The notes under the pieces are model-generated. The model made no database searches, was not told where the DNA came from, and saw nothing but the letters and a program-made list of their open reading frames with translations. A DNA stretch of 64,000 nucleotides, taken from NCBI GenBank assembly GCA_049860595.1, contig CP187551.1, one strand, 5' to 3'. Source of the stretch: Methanocaldococcus sp. 16A. Lineage in GTDB: Archaea > AGJL01 > Methanococci > Methanococcales > Methanocaldococcaceae. The position numbers and the translations under genes were made by a program. This document shows, one piece after another, positions 60,709 to 64,000 of the stretch; the stretch's first letter is position 1; every line of letters starts with the position of its first letter.

Positions 60709-62571
60709 ATGAAGATGCTATTAATCCACTCTGATTATTTAGAGTTTGAGGCAAAACAAAAAACTAAAATTGCAGAAGAAACTGAGAATTTAAAAGGTAA
60801 ATTAGATGAGTGTTTAGCTTGCTTTATTGCAGTGGAGAGAGATGATGAAAATAACCCAAAAGGAACTGCTATAGGGGCAGTAGAAGAGATTGAGAAAGTT
60901 GCTAATCAGTTAAAAGTTAATAATATTGTTGTTTATCCTTATGCCCATTTATCAAGTGATTTATCTTCACCTGAAACAGCTATAAAGGTTTTGAAAGATA
61001 TTGAGAGTATTTTGAAAGAAAAGGGCTATAATGTGTTAAGGGCACCATTTGGATGGTATAAAGCATTTAAAATTAGTTGTAAAGGACATCCATTAAGTGA
61101 GTTATCAAGAAAGATTGTAGCTAAGGAAGAGAAGAAAGAGAAAGGAGAAGAATCTAAGTTTTATTTATTAAATCCAGAAACAGAAGAAGCTGTTGAGCTA
61201 AGTGAAGAAAATATTAATATAATCAAAGATGAAGAGCTTTTGGCATTAGCTAAACATGAATTGGGAATTAAAGAAAATAAAGAGCATGATGAACCACCAC
61301 ATGTAAAGTTTATCAAAGAAAAGGATATTTGCAGTTATGAAGAGGCATCAGACCCTGGACACTTTAGATGGTATCCAAAAGGTAAGTTGATTAGAGATTT
61401 ATTAGCAGATTATGTCTATAACATGGTAGTTAGATTAGGAGCTATGCCAGTAGAAACACCAATTATGTATGATTTAGGAAATCCTGCTATTAGAGAACAC
61501 GCTGATAAATTTGGTGAGAGGCAGTATAGGTTTAGACAAGGAAATAGGGAGTTAATGTTAAGATTTGCGGCATGTTTTGGGCAGTTTATGATGAAAAAAG
61601 ACATGTATTTGTTGCCAAGATATTTGCCTTTAAAACTTTATGAGCTATCAACATACAGCTTTAGATATGAGCAAAGAGGGGAGTTGGTAGGTTTAAAGAG
61701 GTTGAGAGCATTTACAATGCCAGATATGCATACTGTCTGCTTAGATTTAAAACAAGCAATGGAAGAGTTTGAAAAACAATTTTGGGAGTGTTTAAAGACA
61801 GGAGATGATTTAAATCTAAGTTATTCAGTAATCTTTAGATTCACAAAAGATTTCTTTGATGAGCATAGAGATTGGTTCTTTAAGATAGCTAAAGAATACA
61901 AAAATAAATATGGGAAAGATGTTATCTTAGAAATTCTCCCTAAAAGAAAACACTATTGGGTTGGTAAGGTAGATATTGCTGTAATAGATAGCTTAGGAAG
62001 ACCTATTGAAAATCCAACTGTCCAAATAGATGTTGAAAGTGCTAAAAGGTTTGACATAAAAGTGCATACAAATGAAGGAGAAGTTTATCCAATAATATTG
62101 CACTGCTCTCCTACTGGCTCAATTGAGAGAGTTTTATGTGGTTTGTTAGAAAAAGCAGCTATAGAAGCTAAAGAAGGAAAAGCTCCAATGCTTCCTGTTT
62201 GGCTCTCCCCTATACAAGTTAGAGTTATTCCAGTAGCTGATAGACATTATGACTATGCTTTAAAAGTTGCTGAAAAGCTGAGAGAAAATAATATTAGAGC
62301 AGATTTTGATGATAGAGAAGATAGAGTAAGCAAAAAGATTAGAAATGCAGGAAGTGAGTGGATTCCTTACGTTGTTGTTATTGGAGATGAAGAAATGGAG
62401 TCTGGAAAATTAACAGTAACAATTAGAGAAAAATCAACTTTAAAAAAGCCTTATAAAGAGAAGATGACATTAGATGAGTTGATTGAGAGAATCAAAAAAG
62501 AAACTGCTGGATATCCATATAGACCTTTACCATTACCAATAAGATGTTCATTACAGCCAAAGTTCCATTAA
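60709..62571 (+). CDS. thrS: Threonyl-tRNA synthetase (archaeal type)
   Basis: Archaeal editing domain YPYAHLS, PFGWYK, GHPLSELS; LRFAAC; HCSPTGSIER. Confidence 0.96.
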   Translation: MKMLLIHSDYLEFEAKQKTKIAEETENLKGKLDECLACFIAVERDDENNPKGTAIGAVEEIEKVANQLKVNNIVVYPYAHLSSDLSSPETAIKVLKDIESILKEKGYNVLRAPFGWYKAFKISCKGHPLSELSRKIVAKEEKKEKGEESKFYLLNPETEEAVELSEENINIIKDEELLALAKHELGIKENKEHDEPPHVKFIKEKDICSYEEASDPGHFRWYPKGKLIRDLLADYVYNMVVRLGAMPVETPIMYDLGNPAIREHADKFGERQYRFRQGNRELMLRFAACFGQFMMKKDMYLLPRYLPLKLYELSTYSFRYEQRGELVGLKRLRAFTMPDMHTVCLDLKQAMEEFEKQFWECLKTGDDLNLSYSVIFRFTKDFFDEHRDWFFKIAKEYKNKYGKDVILEILPKRKHYWVGKVDIAVIDSLGRPIENPTVQIDVESAKRFDIKVHTNEGEVYPIILHCSPTGSIERVLCGLLEKAAIEAKEGKAPMLPVWLSPIQVRVIPVADRHYDYALKVAEKLRENNIRADFDDREDRVSKKIRNAGSEWIPYVVVIGDEEMESGKLTVTIREKSTLKKPYKEKMTLDELIERIKKETAGYPYRPLPLPIRCSLQPKFH

Positions 62572-62701
62572 AAATTTCATAACAACAATATATATCTTTT
62601 TCATGCATGTATGAAAAAATATATAAATAGCAATCCATATTTTTAAATAATTATTTGCTGCTATTTTTTATGTAATCTCATTAATGCCTTTTAATATATT
62701 A

Positions 62702-62715
62702 CTGTGAAAGTCCTA
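62702..62715. repeat. Half copy (right end) of the palindromic element
   Basis: CTGTGAAAGTCCTA resembles the right TIR. Confidence 0.5.
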
Positions 62716-62777
62716 TATTATATAAACTAATAAATTTAAAGTCATTAAGCTTTTTTATAATTATTTTGGGGGAGAAT

Positions 62778-64000
62778 ATGATAGTAAAATGTCCAATTTG
62801 TGATGGTACTGGAAAAAAGGTAGTTAAATATAAAACATGCCCTGTATGTGAAGGAACTGGATTTATAGATGAATTTTCACCAAAGCAACATATGAAAAGA
62901 GTTTCTAAGAGAGCAAACTATGACTTAGATTATGGAGAAATAGAATGTCCAAAGTGTAAAGGAACAGGAAAAGTTCCAATATATGCAAAATGTGATTTTT
63001 GTGGTGGTAGTGGAAAAGTAGTTAAATGTGATAGATGTGGAGCTGTAATTGGTAAATATCCTGACTTTAAAGATAGAACATTGTGTGATAAATGTTTAAA
63101 AGAAGAGGAAGAGAGGAAGAAAGGATTAAGAAACGTATATGTGTTTGATGAATTAGCTACATTTTACGATGTTGAGCCTGGTAAATTCTATAAAGGAGTT
63201 GTTACAAGAATTGAAAAATATGGAGCTTTCATTAACTTAAATGAGCAAGTTAGAGGGCTTTTAAGACCAAGAGATATGATAAGCTTAAGATTAGAAAATT
63301 TAAGTGTTGGAGATGAAATAATAGTTCAGGCAATAGATGTAAGACCTGAAAAAAGAGAGATAGACTTTAAATACATTCCATTAACAACCTATGATTTAGT
63401 TAAATATGAAAAAGACGTTCCTCTCTCTAATATAAAGGATATATCTCAAAACTTAGTCGAGATGAGAGACCAGGTTGTGCATATAAGAGGAGAGGTTGTT
63501 CAAATAGTTCAAACTCCTGGACCAACAGTATTTACAATAACCGATGGAACTGACTTTGCTTGGGTAGCTGCTTTAGAAATAGCTGGTTTGAGAGCTCATC
63601 CTGATGTTAAAGTTGGAGATATAGTTGATGTTATTGGAAGAGTTACAATAAGGGATGGAAGATTACAGATTGAGAGGATAAAACTCAATAAGTTAGTAGG
63701 AGAAGAGGCAGAAGAAATTAAGAAAAAGATAGAGGAAGAAATTGATAGAAGGGCAGAGCCAGCTAAGGATATACCATTCTTAGTTAAGAGTGAAGTTTTA
63801 GAGAGATTGAGACCAAAAATGGCTGATGTTGCTAAGAGAATTAGGAAGGCGGTTTTGGATGGAAGACCAATAATAATAAGGCATCACGCAGATACAGATG
63901 GTTACTGTGGAGGAATTGCCTTAGAAAAAGCCATATTGCCAATAATTGATAAATTTGCCATAGATGTTGATGCAATATGGCACTTCTTTAAGAGAAGACC
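62778..64000 (+). CDS. Archaeal RecJ-like DHH protein with DnaJ-type Zn finger, S1 and OB domains (3' partial; absent from the ORF track)
   Basis: MIVKCPICDGTGK...CPVCEGTG...CPKCKGTG...CDFCGGSG; S1 YGAF motif; RHHADTDG; open to the window end. Confidence 0.88.
   Translation, partial: MIVKCPICDGTGKKVVKYKTCPVCEGTGFIDEFSPKQHMKRVSKRANYDLDYGEIECPKCKGTGKVPIYAKCDFCGGSGKVVKCDRCGAVIGKYPDFKDRTLCDKCLKEEEERKKGLRNVYVFDELATFYDVEPGKFYKGVVTRIEKYGAFINLNEQVRGLLRPRDMISLRLENLSVGDEIIVQAIDVRPEKREIDFKYIPLTTYDLVKYEKDVPLSNIKDISQNLVEMRDQVVHIRGEVVQIVQTPGPTVFTITDGTDFAWVAALEIAGLRAHPDVKVGDIVDVIGRVTIRDGRLQIERIKLNKLVGEEAEEIKKKIEEEIDRRAEPAKDIPFLVKSEVLERLRPKMADVAKRIRKAVLDGRPIIIRHHADTDGYCGGIALEKAILPIIDKFAIDVDAIWHFFKRR

Overview
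AT-rich archaeal chromosomal segment from a hyperthermophilic methanogen. Gene content and order closely match my recollection of the Methanocaldococcus jannaschii MJ1136-MJ1198 region; I cannot name the species. It is mostly core genes: elp3, rnp3, comB, get3/arsA, cbiG, gap, tfs, cdc48, rpa, gatA, the tungsten formylmethanofuran dehydrogenase operon fwdHFGDA-x-C, pyrG, aroC, pan, ribL, ribC, GAPOR, wtpA, leuA, thrS and a RecJ-like gene. A selenoprotein cluster, hdrA-vhuD-vhuG-vhuA-vhuU-vhuB-fwdB, has five in-frame UGA (Sec) codons and four archaeal SECIS hairpins; the ORF track splits or misses these genes. Most notable observations: (1) the hdrA SECIS sits on a textbook kink-turn, and the vhuD SECIS on a variant one in the same register, suggesting L7Ae as a candidate archaeal SECIS-binding factor; (2) a promoter-driven, GC-rich ~120-nt RNA diverges from hdrA and carries C-rich anti-Shine-Dalgarno motifs, one perfectly complementary to the RBS of the next gene; (3) an apparently foreign AbiJ-NTD/HEPN-like gene lies next to an ADP-ribosylglycohydrolase; (4) a TPR gene is frameshifted at an A9 tract; (5) a 42-bp exact repeat links the D1 and D2 Walker A regions of cdc48; (6) a family of short palindromic MITE-like intergenic elements recurs. 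All RNA structures were paired by eye and family assignments come from motif recognition, not database searches.
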